Source: Gemmatimonadales bacterium (GTDB lineage Bacteria; Gemmatimonadota; Gemmatimonadetes; Gemmatimonadales; GWC2-71-9). From it: a stretch of 64,000 bases of DNA. The position numbers were made by a program, and so were the translations under genes. The notes beneath the pieces were generated by a model. The model saw only the letters and a list, made by a program, of their open reading frames with translations, searched no databases and was not told the origin of the DNA. Location: NCBI GenBank assembly GCA_036279355.1, contig DASUJH010000024.1, positions 67,375 to 131,374 of the forward strand. The letters are read 5' to 3'. Of the stretch, positions 51,823 to 63,578 are shown piece after piece (positions within the stretch are counted from its first letter, which is position 1; every line of letters starts with the position of its first letter).

Positions 51823-52539
51823 CTAGCGCGCCGGGAAGTTCTCGCTGTTGAACCGGAGTCCCACGACGCGATTGCGCGCCTCGGCCACAGGACCGACATC
51901 GCGAAACTCCGCGGTGTGCCCAGCCGAATCGGCCGCGCGGACGGTGCTGTTGCCGTAGAGCCGGTAGTAGCCGATGAAAACGCGCTGGGCACCGGGCCGC
52001 ACCGCGCAACCGCAGTCGAGCGCACCCGCGAGCCCCGCGTTCACCGTGATCCGGAGCAGGCCGTTCGTCGCGTTGGTGATGAGCGGCGCGAAGTAATCGG
52101 CCGTGTCGGTGCGCGCTTCGGCCGCGCGCGCCATCGTGCCGCGCGGATTGGGCACGGCCCACGAATCCTGCATCTCTTCGCCCATCGGGCGATCATCGGC
52201 GGAGAGCGGGCGAACCAGCGCCCACCCGGCGACGAGCGCCCGGCGCGGCACCCGCGCCCGCACCGTGTCGCCGGGAGGCACGAGACGCGACGAGTCCCCG
52301 ATGGTAAGCCTCACCGTGCCGGCGAGGTCGTTGGCGAACACGAACGTCGGCCGGCCAAGGACGCGGGAGGCGGCGTACGCACCGGCGAGCACGAGCATCG
52401 ACGCCACCGCCGCGGCCAGCACCTGTCCACTCGCGCGGTGGGGCGGCACTGGAGGCGTCGGCGATGGCGACGCCGCGCCGGGAGTTGGCTCGGGGGTGGT
52501 CATGGCCTGAATAGGCCGCCGCACCGGGCGCCGGGTCAA
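51823..52539 (-). CDS. Membrane-anchored hypothetical protein
   Basis: Pro-rich N-terminus, one TM helix (VLAAAVASMLVLAGAYAA), then a ~170-aa extracytoplasmic domain with a CGC motif. No family recognised. Confidence 0.45.
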   Translation of the reverse strand: MTRRPVRRPIQAMTTPEPTPGAASPSPTPPVPPHRASGQVLAAAVASMLVLAGAYAASRVLGRPTFVFANDLAGTVRLTIGDSSRLVPPGDTVRARVPRRALVAGWALVRPLSADDRPMGEEMQDSWAVPNPRGTMARAAEARTDTADYFAPLITNATNGLLRITVNAGLAGALDCGCAVRPGAQRVFIGYYRLYGNSTVRAADSAGHTAEFRDVGPVAEARNRVVGLRFNSENFPAR

Positions 52540-52576
52540 CCCCCGACCGCCCGGCGAGGCGCCGCCCGCGGCGGGA

Positions 52577-53773
52577 TCAAAACATGTAGGAGGTGCCGAG
52601 CGCGAACGTCACCTGGTCCTTGGAGGGAGTCGCAGGGTCGCCGAAGACGGCGAGGCTCGAACGGTCGTAGCGCAGCTCGGGCCGGACGAGGACGTGCTGC
52701 CACCGTTTGATGTTGAGCGTCACCGTGCCGCTGCCGAACTTCTGGCCGGCGTTCGGCGGGAATCCGAACACGCCGGAGGTGCGGGTGCCGTCCTCATCGT
52801 TGATGTAGTCCCCCCGCACGGCGATACCGAGGACCGGCGTTACGTCGTAGGTCCCCCACGCGCCGAGACCCCACCATCTCGCCTTGCTCCCCGGTGACGG
52901 GAGGTCCTGCTCCTCCCCATAGTCGCCCTGCAAATAGACCGTCGCCTTTGGTCCCAGCTTCTGCGTCACCACGATCTCCCCGCCGGAACGCTTGCTGGTG
53001 CCGTTGGCCTGCTCGGCGCCGTAGTAGCCGAGCAGGCCGATGACGGTCCGGCCGGTGGGCGTGATGCCGATTCGGCCCATGAACGACTTTTGAGTGTTGT
53101 TGTCGCGCACGACGTCCCATCCGTTGAAGACGGCGAGCTCGAAATCGATGGCCGCTGACGGCTTCACGTCCACCCGAAGGCCGGTGTTCGTGAAATTCTC
53201 CAGGTACACGAACTGGTTGGCGACCGAGAGGTTCGGGTTTACCACGTCCTCGATCACCTCGATGCCCATGAGCGTGGCGAGCTTGCCCGCCTTGAATTGC
53301 ACATAGCGGCCCACTCCCGCGGGGATGTTGAGCGTGACGAAGGCCTGGGTGAGGTCGCCATTGTCACCCAGATCGAGGCCGAGCGACTGGGTGACCTTGG
53401 CGTCCTGCCCGAAGAGAAAGTCCGCGCGCACACCGGCATCGAAGCGGTCGGTCCGGACCGGCCGCTCGAGCACGACCTTGGCGGCGTTCAGCATGACCTG
53501 ATCGTGAAAGCGGTCGTAGAAGCGGCCGGCGACGGCGTCGCGGGTGTTCTGCGTCGAGTAGGTGTAGGAGGCGGTCACGAACCCGCTGATGGTGAGCGGC
53601 GGCCCGGAGGTATCGGCCGGCGCAGCGCTATCGGGCGCGGTGACCTGCCCGGTGGCATCCCGCGCCAGCAGCGATAACATGGCGGCGGCAACGGTCGCCG
53701 CGCGAGCACACCTCCGGAATCGCGTCATGAGCCCCCCTTCGAGTGAGTGGTCCCGGCCGATCAGGGCGGACAC
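52577..53773 (-). CDS. Outer-membrane beta-barrel porin (OmpL-like / BBP2-type pattern)
   Basis: Signal peptide, alternating beta-strand pattern (LTISGFVTASYTYS..., NAAKVVLERP, VRADFLFGQDA), and a C-terminal aromatic residue ...ALGTSYMF. Confidence 0.75.
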   Translation of the reverse strand: MSALIGRDHSLEGGLMTRFRRCARAATVAAAMLSLLARDATGQVTAPDSAAPADTSGPPLTISGFVTASYTYSTQNTRDAVAGRFYDRFHDQVMLNAAKVVLERPVRTDRFDAGVRADFLFGQDAKVTQSLGLDLGDNGDLTQAFVTLNIPAGVGRYVQFKAGKLATLMGIEVIEDVVNPNLSVANQFVYLENFTNTGLRVDVKPSAAIDFELAVFNGWDVVRDNNTQKSFMGRIGITPTGRTVIGLLGYYGAEQANGTSKRSGGEIVVTQKLGPKATVYLQGDYGEEQDLPSPGSKARWWGLGAWGTYDVTPVLGIAVRGDYINDEDGTRTSGVFGFPPNAGQKFGSGTVTLNIKRWQHVLVRPELRYDRSSLAVFGDPATPSKDQVTFALGTSYMF

Positions 53774-53967
53774 ACGGACGGGGTCACCCGTCGCGGCGGC
53801 CGGGACGATGACGGGGGCAACCGCGGGTCCGGAGCAATGATATGGCTACGTGATGAATGTGTCAAGCAAGATATGTCAGATCTGCACTGCTCGATCAACG
53901 TAGATTCATTTGTTGATACTTATGCTGAAAATATGGATATTATGACTGCACTATTAGCACGATCTGC

Positions 53968-53996
53968 TTGACAGCCTGCAACTCACCCATTATTCT
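53968..53996 (+). promoter_or_regulatory. Near-consensus sigma-70 promoter upstream of glnA (TTGACA-17-TATTCT)
   Basis: TTGACA at 53968..53973, a 17-nt spacer, then TATTCT at 53991..53996. The glnA ATG is 79 nt downstream. Embedded in a ~41% G+C island. Confidence 0.5.
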
Positions 53997-54074
53997 CTCC
54001 CCCACGCCCGGCAGCGCCCAAAGCGCCGTCCGGCGGGCCACCGAATACCACCCATTCACGGCTCGCGAGGTCCC

Positions 54075-55538
54075 ATGAGCACCACGGTCAGGCCCAGGGC
54101 TCCCCTCCGCACCGCGCCATCGAGCGACGCCGCGGCACTCCTCCAGTTGCTCAAGGACCGAAAAATCCAGGTCGTGGACGTGAAGTTCTGCGACCTGCCG
54201 GGCACGTGGCAGCACTTCTCGATCCCGGCGGCCACGCTCGACGCCGAGATGCTCAAGGAGGGGCTCGGGTTCGACGGCTCGTCGATTCGCGGCTTTCAGG
54301 CGATCAACGAGAGCGACATGCTGCTCGTGCCCGACGTGTCCACCGCGTTCATCGATCCGGTGCTCGAGGTGCCGACGCTCTCGCTCACCTGCGATATCTA
54401 CGACCCGGTCACGCTGGAGCCCTACTCGCGCGACCCCCGCTTCATCGCCTTCAAGGCCGAGGAATACCTCAGGACGACAGGCATCGCGACCGCCTGCTAC
54501 TGGGGCCCCGAGGCCGAGTTCTTCATTTTCAACTCGGTGCGCTTCGACCAGAACGCGTTCGAGGCGTATTACCATATCGATTCGGACGAGGGGATCTGGA
54601 ATTCGGGGTCCAACGGAAAGCCGAACCTGGGCCACCGGCCGCGCCACAAGGAGGGCTACTTCCCGGTGCCACCCGCCGACCGGCTGCAGGACGTGCGCTC
54701 GAAGATCATGCTGGCACTCATCGAGGCCGGGGTGCCGGTCGAGGTGCAGCATCACGAGGTAGCCACGGCGGGACAGGCGGAAATCGACTTCCGCTTCGGC
54801 ACGCTGGTCCAGACGGCCGACCGCCTGCTGGTCTACAAGTACATCGTGAAGAACGTCTGCCACAGCCTGGGCTACACGGCCACGTTCATGCCCAAGCCTC
54901 TCTTCGGTGACAACGGGTCCGGCATGCACGTGCACCAGTCGCTCTGGAAGGGCGACGAAAACCTCTTCTTCGACGAGAAGGGCTACGCGCTCCTGTCGGA
55001 GACGGCCCGGCACTACATCGGGGGTCTCCTCGCCCACGCGCCGGCGCTGCTTGCGCTCTGCGCGCCGACCACCAATAGCTACCGGCGGCTGGTGCCGGGC
55101 TTCGAGGCACCGGTCAACCTCATGTACTCGGCGCGGAACCGCTCGGCGATCTGCCGGATCCCGTGCTACTCGTCGAGCCCCAAGGCACGCCGCGTGGAGT
55201 TCCGCGCGCCTGATCCCACTGCCAACCCGTACCTCGCGTTTTCGGCGATGCTCATGGCCGGCCTCGATGGCATCACGCGGAGGCTCGAGCCGCCCGCCCC
55301 GATCGACGAGGACCTGTACGAGCTACACGACGAGCGCAAGGCGACGATCAAGACCGTGCCCGGGAGCCTCGCCGAGGCGCTCGATGCGCTCGAGCGCGAC
55401 CACGAGTTCCTGCTGGCCGGCGATGTCTTCACGCCGGACGTGATCGCTACCTGGATCGGCTACAAGCGGGCGAAGGACGTCGCGGCCGTGAGCTTGCGGC
55501 CGCATCCGTACGAGTTCTTCCTCTACTACGACGCGTAG
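54075..55538 (+). CDS. glnA: Glutamine synthetase type I
   Basis: [57 protein letters not shown], and [17 protein letters not shown]; 487 aa. Confidence 0.93.
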   Translation: MSTTVRPRAPLRTAPSSDAAALLQLLKDRKIQVVDVKFCDLPGTWQHFSIPAATLDAEMLKEGLGFDGSSIRGFQAINESDMLLVPDVSTAFIDPVLEVPTLSLTCDIYDPVTLEPYSRDPRFIAFKAEEYLRTTGIATACYWGPEAEFFIFNSVRFDQNAFEAYYHIDSDEGIWNSGSNGKPNLGHRPRHKEGYFPVPPADRLQDVRSKIMLALIEAGVPVEVQHHEVATAGQAEIDFRFGTLVQTADRLLVYKYIVKNVCHSLGYTATFMPKPLFGDNGSGMHVHQSLWKGDENLFFDEKGYALLSETARHYIGGLLAHAPALLALCAPTTNSYRRLVPGFEAPVNLMYSARNRSAICRIPCYSSSPKARRVEFRAPDPTANPYLAFSAMLMAGLDGITRRLEPPAPIDEDLYELHDERKATIKTVPGSLAEALDALERDHEFLLAGDVFTPDVIATWIGYKRAKDVAAVSLRPHPYEFFLYYDA

Positions 55539-55630
55539 GCACGCGGCGTGGGATCGGCTATTTTGGGGGTGCCCGCACGGGCGTGCCGCAGAGCTCGGCG
55601 TGCCGGGTACCCCCGAAGGAGCCAGAGAGG

Positions 55631-56026
55631 ATGAAACTGATCACCTGCATCATTCGGCCGGAGCGCCTTACCGAGGTGAAGGCGGCGCTTTTCCGTGCCG
55701 GGGTCACCGGCATCTCGATCAGCCGCGTAAGCGGCCACGGCGGCGAGCGAGACCTGGTGGAGCACTACCGTGCGTCGTCGATCGTGCTCGAGTTCCGCGA
55801 GAAGGTGAAGATCGAGATCGCTGTTTCGGACCCGTTCGTCGAGCCCACGATCAACGCCATCCTCACCTCGGCCCGTACCGGCGAGGTGGGAGACGGCAAG
55901 ATCTTCGTCCAGGCGCTGGAGCAGGTCATCCGCATCCGGACGGGCGAGACGGCGAACGCCGCGCTGACGCCGGTCACTGCCGACGAAGTGCAGCGGAGCG
56001 CGTTGCAGGCAGCCGGCTCGAAGTGA
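55631..56026 (+). CDS. glnB: P-II family nitrogen regulatory protein with divergent T-loop and C-terminal extension
   Basis: [35 protein letters not shown]......HYR....[11 protein letters not shown]...[11 protein letters not shown]...VIRIRTGE is collinear with GlnB/GlnK. ATG at 55631 after AGAGAGG. Confidence 0.85.
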   Translation: MKLITCIIRPERLTEVKAALFRAGVTGISISRVSGHGGERDLVEHYRASSIVLEFREKVKIEIAVSDPFVEPTINAILTSARTGEVGDGKIFVQALEQVIRIRTGETANAALTPVTADEVQRSALQAAGSK

Positions 56027-56049
56027 CGCGCTCAGCCGAATCGTTCCAT

Positions 56050-57726
56050 ATGGCCCATGAACTGCGCAGCCGCGAGATCACGGGAGGCCTTGAGCGCGCC
56101 CCCAACCGCGCCATGCTCCGCGCCGTCGGCTTCGGCGACGGCGATTTCTCCAAGCCCATCGTCGGCATCGCCAACGGATACAGCACGATCACACCCTGCA
56201 ACGCGGGGCTCGACCTGCTCGCGCACCGAGCCGAGGCGGCCGTGCGCGCGGCCGGCGGCATGCCGCAGCTCTTCGGCACCATCACGGTGAGCGACGGAAT
56301 CTCGATGGGCACCGAGGGGATGAAGTACTCCCTCGTCTCCCGCGAGGTGATCGCCGATTCGATCGAGACCGCCTGCGGCGCGCAGCGGATGGACGGCGTC
56401 GTTGCGATCGGGGGCTGCGACAAGAACATGCCGGGCGCCATGATCGCCATCGCCCGCATGAACATTCCGGCCATCTTCGTTTACGGCGGCACCATCAAGC
56501 CGGGCCATCTCGACGGGCGCGATCTCACCGTCGTGAGCGCGTTCGAAGCGGTCGGGCAGTTCAGCGCCGGACGCATCGGCGCCGACGAGCTGCTCGCCGT
56601 GGAGCGGCACGCCTGCCCCGGCCGTGGGTCGTGTGGCGGGATGTACACCGCCAACACGATGTCGTCGGTGATCGAGGCCATGGGCATGAGCCTCCCGGGC
56701 TCATCCACCATGGCCGCCGAGGACGTCGAAAAGGAAGAGAGCGCCGCTCGCTCGGGCGAAGTGCTGATGACGGCCGTCCGCCGCCAGTTGCTCCCCCGGC
56801 AGATCCTCACCCGGAAGGCTTTCGAGAACGGAATCAGCGTGGTGATGGCGCTCGGCGGCTCGACCAACGCGGTGCTGCACCTGCTCGCCATGGCGCGCGC
56901 GGCCGAGGTGCCGCTCACCCTCGACGATTTCGAGACCATCCGCGCACGCGTGCCGGTGCTTGCCGATCTCAAGCCGTCGGGCCGGTTCGTCGCGACCGAT
57001 CTGCACCGGGCCGGCGGCGTGCCGCAGGTGACGCGGATGCTGCTGGCGCACGGCCTGCTGCACGGCGACGCGCTTACCATCACCGGCGAAACGGTGGCGC
57101 AGGTGCTGCGCGACGTGCCCGACGAGCCGCCGGCGGAGCAGGAGGTGGTCCGGCCGTGGCGCCGCCCGGTGTACCCGCAGGGGCACCTCGCAATCCTGCG
57201 AGGCAACCTCGCGACCGAAGGCGCCGTCGCCAAGATCACGGGCGTCAAGACGCCGCGCATGACCGGCCCCGCCCGCGTGTTCGAATCCGAGGAAACGTGC
57301 CTCGAGGCGATTCTGGCCGGGAGCATTCGCCCCGGCGACGTCCTCGTGATCCGCTACGAGGGCCCGCGCGGCGGCCCCGGCATGCGGGAAATGCTGGCGC
57401 CCACGTCCGCCATCATCGGCGCCGGGCTCGGCGACAGCGTCGGGCTCATCACCGATGGGCGCTTCTCAGGAGGGACGTACGGGATGGTGGTGGGCCACGT
57501 CGCGCCCGAAGCCGCGGTCGGCGGTGCCATCGCGCTGGTGCACGATGGCGACCCGATCACGATCGACGCCGAGCGCCGGTTGCTACACCTCGAGTTGTCG
57601 GACGAGGTTCTGGCGCAACGGCGCGCCGAGTGGCGCGCGCCCGCGCCGCGCTACCGCGCGGGTGTGCTGCACAAGTATGCCCGGCAGGTCTCGAGCGCGA
57701 GCCTCGGCGCGGTGACCGATCTCTAA
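56050..57726 (+). CDS. ilvD: Dihydroxy-acid dehydratase
   Basis: [13 protein letters not shown]...[17 protein letters not shown]...[13 protein letters not shown]...[12 protein letters not shown] at 56050; the track ORF start 55600 overlaps PII in another frame. Confidence 0.93.
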   Translation: MAHELRSREITGGLERAPNRAMLRAVGFGDGDFSKPIVGIANGYSTITPCNAGLDLLAHRAEAAVRAAGGMPQLFGTITVSDGISMGTEGMKYSLVSREVIADSIETACGAQRMDGVVAIGGCDKNMPGAMIAIARMNIPAIFVYGGTIKPGHLDGRDLTVVSAFEAVGQFSAGRIGADELLAVERHACPGRGSCGGMYTANTMSSVIEAMGMSLPGSSTMAAEDVEKEESAARSGEVLMTAVRRQLLPRQILTRKAFENGISVVMALGGSTNAVLHLLAMARAAEVPLTLDDFETIRARVPVLADLKPSGRFVATDLHRAGGVPQVTRMLLAHGLLHGDALTITGETVAQVLRDVPDEPPAEQEVVRPWRRPVYPQGHLAILRGNLATEGAVAKITGVKTPRMTGPARVFESEETCLEAILAGSIRPGDVLVIRYEGPRGGPGMREMLAPTSAIIGAGLGDSVGLITDGRFSGGTYGMVVGHVAPEAAVGGAIALVHDGDPITIDAERRLLHLELSDEVLAQRRAEWRAPAPRYRAGVLHKYARQVSSASLGAVTDL

Positions 57727-57766
57727 CCCATCGAAACGCGCCGGCCTCGCGCGCGATCCTTTCTAG

Positions 57767-58867
57767 CTACTTCGCGACGGATCGGCCGCTCTTTGCAGCC
57801 GCCGGCGCAATCAAAGCCCGTACAACCAGCGCGCCGAACTCACGCGTGCCGACGCTCGGCTCGCCTGGGCGCGCGAGGTCGCGGGTGCGGACACCCTCGT
57901 CGAGAACCCGCCGGATGGCGCCCTCTACCAGGTCCGCCGCTTCGGTCAGGCCGAGGCCGTGACGAAGCAGCAGCGCCGCCGACGCGATCGCTCCGATCGG
58001 ATTGGCGATGCCCGTTCCCGCAATGTCAGGCGCGGAGCCGTGGACCGGCTCGAACAGGCCCGCGCCGCCGCCGAGCGATGCCGACGGCAGGAGACCGAGG
58101 GAGCCGGCGAGCACCGCGGCCTCGTCGCTCAGGATGTCGCCGAACATGTTCTCTGTGACCAGCACGTCGATGGCGGCCGGCTGCGCCACGAGCCGCATCG
58201 CGGCAAAGTCCACGTAGAGGTGCTCCAGCCTCACGTCGGGATACTCGGCTCCGATGCGGGTCAGGGTTTCGCGCCAGAGCTGGGAAACCTCGAGCACGTT
58301 GGCCTTGTCGACGGAGGTCACCTGGCGCCGGCGGGTCCGCGCGGCCTCGAATGCGACGCGCGCCACCCGCTCGATCTCCCCGACCGTGTAGCGCAGCGTG
58401 TTGACTGCGGCGACATCGTCGCGCCCGCGAGGCTCTCCGTAGTAGAGTCCGCCGGTGAGCTCACGCACGATCAGCAGGTCGACGCCGGCGAGTCGCTCGG
58501 GCCGGAGCGGCGAGGCGTGCGCGAGCCCCGGGTGCACCGCCACCGGCCGCAGGTTGGCAAAGGCGCCGAGCGACTTGCGCAGTGCCAGGAGCCCGGCCTC
58601 GGGCCGATGCTGGCGTGGCGCCTGGTCCATCGCCGGATCGCCGACGGCGCCGAGGAGCACGGCATCCGCATCCCCGACGGCGGCCCGCGTGGCCGGCGGG
58701 AAGGGGTCGCCAAGCTCACGGTACGCGCGCGCGCCGATCGGGAATTCGGGCGTCTCGAATCGATGATCGAACAGTTCCGCCACGGCCCGGAGCACCCGAA
58801 CGGCCTCCGCCGTCACCTCGGGCCCGATGCCGTCGCCGGGGAGCACGGCGATGGTGCAGGTGCTCAT
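57767..58867 (-). CDS. leuB: 3-isopropylmalate dehydrogenase
   Basis: [13 protein letters not shown]...NLRP...[13 protein letters not shown]...[12 protein letters not shown]...GSAPDIAG. True ATG at 58867. Confidence 0.92.
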   Translation of the reverse strand: MSTCTIAVLPGDGIGPEVTAEAVRVLRAVAELFDHRFETPEFPIGARAYRELGDPFPPATRAAVGDADAVLLGAVGDPAMDQAPRQHRPEAGLLALRKSLGAFANLRPVAVHPGLAHASPLRPERLAGVDLLIVRELTGGLYYGEPRGRDDVAAVNTLRYTVGEIERVARVAFEAARTRRRQVTSVDKANVLEVSQLWRETLTRIGAEYPDVRLEHLYVDFAAMRLVAQPAAIDVLVTENMFGDILSDEAAVLAGSLGLLPSASLGGGAGLFEPVHGSAPDIAGTGIANPIGAIASAALLLRHGLGLTEAADLVEGAIRRVLDEGVRTRDLARPGEPSVGTREFGALVVRALIAPAAAKSGRSVAK

Positions 58868-58892
58868 GCAGCGCCGTGCTGGCTGCAGCGAC

Positions 58893-58911
58893 CGGCGGTG
58901 GTCCACCGCCG
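58893..58911. promoter_or_regulatory. 19-bp perfect palindrome in the leuB/permease divergent gap
   Basis: CGGCGGTGG-T-CCACCGCCG (9+1+9), read directly. It lies 26 bp from the leuB ATG and 81 bp from the permease ATG. Confidence 0.3.
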
Positions 58912-58991
58912 CCAGGTTATATTGCGCGGGTCCATTCCCTCTCCTTCCATGCAGCCCATACGACGGCGCCCGACGTTGGTGTGACCCATCG

Positions 58992-60443
58992 ATGAGCGCG
59001 GACGCCGCACGCGAGCCGCTCCCGTCGCCGATCGCGACGTCCGCCGACGCCTCCGTCCAGGCCAAGCGCGGCCTCCGCCGCGTGATGGGGCTGAGCGACG
59101 TCGTGCTCTTCTTCATCGCGGCGGTCGTCGGCCCGCGCTGGATCGCGGTCGCCGCGGCGGCCGGGCCGAGCTCGCTCGTAGTATGGTTCATCGCCGGACT
59201 CACGTTCTTCATCCCGCACGCGTTCACCGTCATCGAGCTCTCGTCCCGCTATCCGGAACAGGGCGGCATTTACGTCTGGAGCAAGCGCGCATTCGGTGAC
59301 TTCGCGGGCTTCCTCACCGGCTGGATGTACTGGACCAGCAACCTCGTCTACTTCCCCGGCTTGCTTTACTTCGCCGCCGGCAACGCGCTCTTCATCGGCG
59401 GCGCCAGTTGGCAGGCGCTGTCCGGCTCGGCGACGTACTTCATCATCGCGTCGCTGGTGATGCTCGCCGTTGCCGTGGGGCTCAACCTGATCGGCCTTGA
59501 TGTCGGCAAGTGGCTGCAGAATGCCGGCGCGTTCGGCACCTGGATTCCGGTCGCGATTCTGGTCGTGCTGGGCGGATTCGCGTGGATCCATTTCGGCGCC
59601 GCCGCGCCGATCAACCCGCACACGCTCGCGCCCAGCTTTCGGTTGAAGGACCTGGTCTTCTGGTCCACGCTCGCCTTCGGCTTCGGCGGCCTCGAGTCGG
59701 CGTCGCTCATGAGCGAGGAGATCCACGACGCTCGGCGCACCGTGCCGCGCGCCATCGTGATCGCCGGCGTGATGATAGCCGCCATCTACATCCTCGGCAC
59801 GCTGGCCATCGTGCTCGCGCTTCCGCCCGGCGAGGCCACGGGGCTGCAAGGGATCATGCAGGCGGTGCAGCAGACGGCCCGGCGCGGCGGCGTGGCGGGT
59901 ATCGCGCCTGTCGTGGCGTTGCTCATCACGATCGGCAGCATCGGCGGGGTGGGTGCGTGGACGGCGTCGACCGCGCGGCTCCCGTTCGTGGCCGGCATCG
60001 ACAGTTACCTGCCACCGGTGTTCGGGCGCCTCCACCCCAAATGGGCCACGCCGTACGTGGCGATGCTGGTCCAGGCCGTGGTCGCCGGTTGCTTTGCGGT
60101 GCTCGGGCAGGCGGGGGCCTCGGTCAAGAACGCCTATGATTTCCTGGTGAGCATGGGCGTGATCTCGTTCTTCATTCCCTACCTTTTCATGTTCGCCTCG
60201 CTCATCCGGGTGCAGAGCGTACCGGCCCCGCCGGGCACACAGCGCGTGCCCGGCGGATCGGGAGTGGCACGGGTGCTGGGCGGGCTCGGATTCCTGGTCA
60301 CGGCCGGGTCGATCGTGCTCTCGTTCATTCCCGCGGCCGACGATCCGCACCCGACGCTCACGGTGGTGAAGATCGCCGTGGCAACGTCCATCGTGGTGGG
60401 CACCGGCGCGCTGCTCTACGCGCGGGGACGACGTCACGTCTGA
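58992..60443 (+). CDS. APC-superfamily amino acid permease
   Basis: [24 protein letters not shown]...[21 protein letters not shown] with ~12 TM segments. ATG at 58992. Confidence 0.85.
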   Translation: MSADAAREPLPSPIATSADASVQAKRGLRRVMGLSDVVLFFIAAVVGPRWIAVAAAAGPSSLVVWFIAGLTFFIPHAFTVIELSSRYPEQGGIYVWSKRAFGDFAGFLTGWMYWTSNLVYFPGLLYFAAGNALFIGGASWQALSGSATYFIIASLVMLAVAVGLNLIGLDVGKWLQNAGAFGTWIPVAILVVLGGFAWIHFGAAAPINPHTLAPSFRLKDLVFWSTLAFGFGGLESASLMSEEIHDARRTVPRAIVIAGVMIAAIYILGTLAIVLALPPGEATGLQGIMQAVQQTARRGGVAGIAPVVALLITIGSIGGVGAWTASTARLPFVAGIDSYLPPVFGRLHPKWATPYVAMLVQAVVAGCFAVLGQAGASVKNAYDFLVSMGVISFFIPYLFMFASLIRVQSVPAPPGTQRVPGGSGVARVLGGLGFLVTAGSIVLSFIPAADDPHPTLTVVKIAVATSIVVGTGALLYARGRRHV

Positions 60444-61048
60444 TTCTGCGCGCTGACGAGCCGCCGCTCGTACGCGGCGATCCGCGGCTCCTCCCTGAGC
60501 GTCATCCCGATCTCGTCAAGCCCCGCGAGCAGCATTCCTCGGCGATACGGATCCATCGCGAAATCGGCTACGAAGCCGGTCGGGTCGGTGACACGGCACG
60601 CCTCGAGATCCACCGTGACGGTGTAGCCGCCCGCGGCAGCGGGCGCGGCAGCCCTGGCGAGGAGCGTTGCGATCTCCTCCGGCGTGAGTCGCACCGGGAG
60701 CAGCCCGTTCTGGCAGCAGTTGTTGTAGAAGATGTCGGCGAACGAAGGCGCGAGGATAGCGCGGAAACCATATTCGCCGAGCGCCCACGGGGCATGCTCG
60801 CGGCTCGACCCGCAGCCGAAGTTCTCACCCGCGACGAGGATGGTGGCGCCTCGCGCACGCGGGTGGTTCAGCTCGAATGCCGGGTCGGGCGTGCCATCCG
60901 GGCGATGCCGCCAATCGTTGAACAGGAACTCGCCGAATCCGGTGCGCTCGACGCGCTTCAGGAACTGCTTCGGAATGATCTGATCGGTGTCGACGTTCAC
61001 GCGCGGCAGTGCCGCCGCGCGCCCGGTGTGCACGGTAAATGGCCTCAT
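60434..61048 (-). CDS. leuD: 3-isopropylmalate dehydratase small subunit
   Basis: [31 protein letters not shown]...[17 protein letters not shown]. Confidence 0.92.
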   Translation of the reverse strand: MRPFTVHTGRAAALPRVNVDTDQIIPKQFLKRVERTGFGEFLFNDWRHRPDGTPDPAFELNHPRARGATILVAGENFGCGSSREHAPWALGEYGFRAILAPSFADIFYNNCCQNGLLPVRLTPEEIATLLARAAAPAAAGGYTVTVDLEACRVTDPTGFVADFAMDPYRRGMLLAGLDEIGMTLREEPRIAAYERRLVSAQNQT

Positions 61049-62451
61049 GCCAGGAGCTCCCGCACGTCGGTAAGCGCGCCAGCAATGGCGGCCGCGGCGG
61101 CCATCTCGGGGCTCATCAGGTGGGTCCGGCCGCCCTTGCCCTGCCGTCCCTCGAAGTTGCGGTTGGACGTCGATGCGCAGCGCTCGCCGACCCCCAACAC
61201 GTCGTCATTCATGCCGAGGCACATCGAGCAGCCCGCGTTGCGCCACTCGAAGCCCGCCGCCCGGAAGATCCGGTCAAGTCCCTCGCGCTCGGCGTCCGTC
61301 TTGATCCGCATCGAGCCGGGTACGGCCATCGCCCGGACGCCGGGTGCCACCCTGCGGCCCTCGATAACGCGCGCGGCGGCTCGCAGATCGTCCAGCCGTC
61401 CGTTGGTGCAGGAGCCGACGAAGACGCGATCGACCGGCACGCCCTCGAGCGGCGTGCCGGGGGCGAGCCCCATGTATTCGAGCGCGCGCTCGACGGCCCT
61501 GCGGTCGCCCTCCGCGGCGAACGCATCGGGGCTCGGCACCCGGGCCGTGATGTCTCCGACCATGCCGGGGTTGGTGCCCCAGGTGACCTGCGGCGCGAGC
61601 GCCCTCGTGTCGAGCTCGACTACGCGGTCGTAGCGCGCACCGGCATCGGTCGCGAGCTCGCGCCACTCGGCCACGGCCTCGCGCCACGCAGTACCGCCGG
61701 GAGCGCGGGCCCGCCCTTCGAGCCATGCGAACGTCACGTCATCCGGCGCGATCATGCCGGCGCGCGCGCCCGCCTCGATCGACATGTTGCACACGGTCAT
61801 CCGGCCTTCCATCGAGAGCGCGCGGACCGCGTCGCCGGTGTACTCGATCACGTACCCAGCCGCGCCGCCGGTGCCGATCGTCCCGATGAGCGCGAGGATC
61901 AGATCCTTCGCCGTAACGCCGGCAGCGGGCCGCCCGGTGAAACGCACCTCCATCGTGCGTGGCCGCGCCTGCACCAGGCACTGGGTGGCGAGCACGTGCT
62001 CGACCTCGCTCGTGCCGATGCCGAAGGCGAGCGCGCCGAACGCGCCGTGGGTCGACGTATGCGAGTCGCCGCAGACGATCGTCATCCCGGGCTGCGTGGC
62101 GCCCATCTCGGGGCCGATCACGTGCACGATGCCCTGCCCCGGGGAGCCGAGCCCGAACAGCTCGACCGCGAACTCGCGCGCGTTCCGCTCCAGCGCGGAG
62201 ACCTGGCGAGCGGACACGGGATCGGCAATCGGCAAGCTGCGGTCGCCGGTCGAAATGTTGTGGTCGACCGTCGCGAGCGTACGTTCGGGCCGCCGTACCC
62301 GGCGCCCGGCGAGCCGGAGCCCGTCGAACGCCTGCGGTGAGGTGACCTCGTGCACCAGGTGCAGATCGATGTAGAGCAACGCCGGGCCGTCGGCCGGCTG
62401 ATGCACGACGTGCGGAGCCCAGACCTTCTCGAACAGCGTCCGGGCGGTCAT
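61045..62451 (-). CDS. leuC: 3-isopropylmalate dehydratase large subunit
   Basis: [12 protein letters not shown]...[18 protein letters not shown]...[24 protein letters not shown]...GSCTNGR...CSMCLGMN. The ATG at 62451 overlaps the ilvC stop (ATGA). Confidence 0.92.
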   Translation of the reverse strand: MTARTLFEKVWAPHVVHQPADGPALLYIDLHLVHEVTSPQAFDGLRLAGRRVRRPERTLATVDHNISTGDRSLPIADPVSARQVSALERNAREFAVELFGLGSPGQGIVHVIGPEMGATQPGMTIVCGDSHTSTHGAFGALAFGIGTSEVEHVLATQCLVQARPRTMEVRFTGRPAAGVTAKDLILALIGTIGTGGAAGYVIEYTGDAVRALSMEGRMTVCNMSIEAGARAGMIAPDDVTFAWLEGRARAPGGTAWREAVAEWRELATDAGARYDRVVELDTRALAPQVTWGTNPGMVGDITARVPSPDAFAAEGDRRAVERALEYMGLAPGTPLEGVPVDRVFVGSCTNGRLDDLRAAARVIEGRRVAPGVRAMAVPGSMRIKTDAEREGLDRIFRAAGFEWRNAGCSMCLGMNDDVLGVGERCASTSNRNFEGRQGKGGRTHLMSPEMAAAAAIAGALTDVRELLA

Positions 62452-63578
62452 CGCGAGGCGGTGACGCGATCGGCCGGGCGGGCGGTCTGGCGGTCGGCGG
62501 CGCCGCCGGTGTGCGGCGCGGCATCCGCCGCACCGGCCGTCGGCGCGTTTGACCGATCCGCCGCCTTCCCTTCCTCCGACCACGGCATCATCGCCCGGAG
62601 CTTCTCGCCCACCACCTCGATGGTGTGATCGCGGTCTTCCTGCCGCATGCGATCGAAGTTGCGCCGCCCCGCGCGATTCTCCGCGAGCCACTCGCGGGCG
62701 AAGCGCCCATCCTGGATTTCGCCGAGGATGCGCTGCATCTCGGCCCGGGTCTCATCGGTGATGAGCCGCGGCCCGCGGGTGTAGTCGCCGTACTCGGCCG
62801 TGTCGCTGATCGAGTAGCGCATGAACTGCATGCCGCCCCGATACATCAGGTCGACGATGAGCTTGAGCTCGTGGAGACATTCGAAGTACGCCATTTCGGG
62901 CGAGTAGCCCGCCGCGACCAGCGTCTCGAACCCGGCCTTGATGAGCGCGGTGGCGCCGCCACAGAGCACCGCCTGCTCGCCGAAAAGGTCGGTCTCCGTT
63001 TCCTCGCGGAAGCTCGTCTCGATCACGCCGGCGCGAGTGCAGCCGATGCCCGATGCGTACGCCAGCGCGTTGGCGAGCGCCTGCCCGCTCGCGTCCTGAT
63101 GGACTGCGACGAGCCCCGGTACCCCGCGTCCTGCCTCGAACTCGCTCCGCACGAGATGCCCCGGCGATTTGGGCGCCACCATCGACACATCGACGCCCTC
63201 CGGCGGCACGATCTCGCCGTAGTGGATGTTGAACCCGTGGGCGAACATCAGCGTGTCGCCGGAACGCATGCCGGGAGCCACGTCGCGCTCGTAGATCGCC
63301 CGCATGTCCTGGTCGGGCACGAGCAGCACGATGGTGTCGGCCGCCGCGGCGGCCTCGGCGACAGGCCGCACATCGAGGCCGGCTGCCTGCGCGCGCGCCC
63401 AGGATTCGCCGCCGGGCCGAAGCCCCACGACGACCTTCGCCCCGCTCTCCCGCAGGTTGAGCGCGTGGGCATGACCCTGACTGCCGAACCCGATCACCGC
63501 AAAGCGGCGGCCGGCGAGTCGGGCGCGGTCCGCGTCCCGATCGTAGTAGACTCGCACCGACGGCGCGGGGGCGTTCAT
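62448..63578 (-). CDS. ilvC: Ketol-acid reductoisomerase (class I) with ~40-aa low-complexity C-terminal tail
   Basis: [21 protein letters not shown]...LVPDQ...[10 protein letters not shown]...[12 protein letters not shown]. The tail reads [42 protein letters not shown]. Confidence 0.92.
   Translation of the reverse strand: MNAPAPSVRVYYDRDADRARLAGRRFAVIGFGSQGHAHALNLRESGAKVVVGLRPGGESWARAQAAGLDVRPVAEAAAAADTIVLLVPDQDMRAIYERDVAPGMRSGDTLMFAHGFNIHYGEIVPPEGVDVSMVAPKSPGHLVRSEFEAGRGVPGLVAVHQDASGQALANALAYASGIGCTRAGVIETSFREETETDLFGEQAVLCGGATALIKAGFETLVAAGYSPEMAYFECLHELKLIVDLMYRGGMQFMRYSISDTAEYGDYTRGPRLITDETRAEMQRILGEIQDGRFAREWLAENRAGRRNFDRMRQEDRDHTIEVVGEKLRAMMPWSEEGKAADRSNAPTAGAADAAPHTGGAADRQTARPADRVTASR

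Noticed and set aside
53747-53971. 74-aa ORF inside the AT-rich island upstream of glnA.
   Set aside because: Its codon third positions are AT-rich, unlike every real gene here. It has no RBS, and it overlaps the proposed promoter. It is more likely non-coding regulatory DNA.
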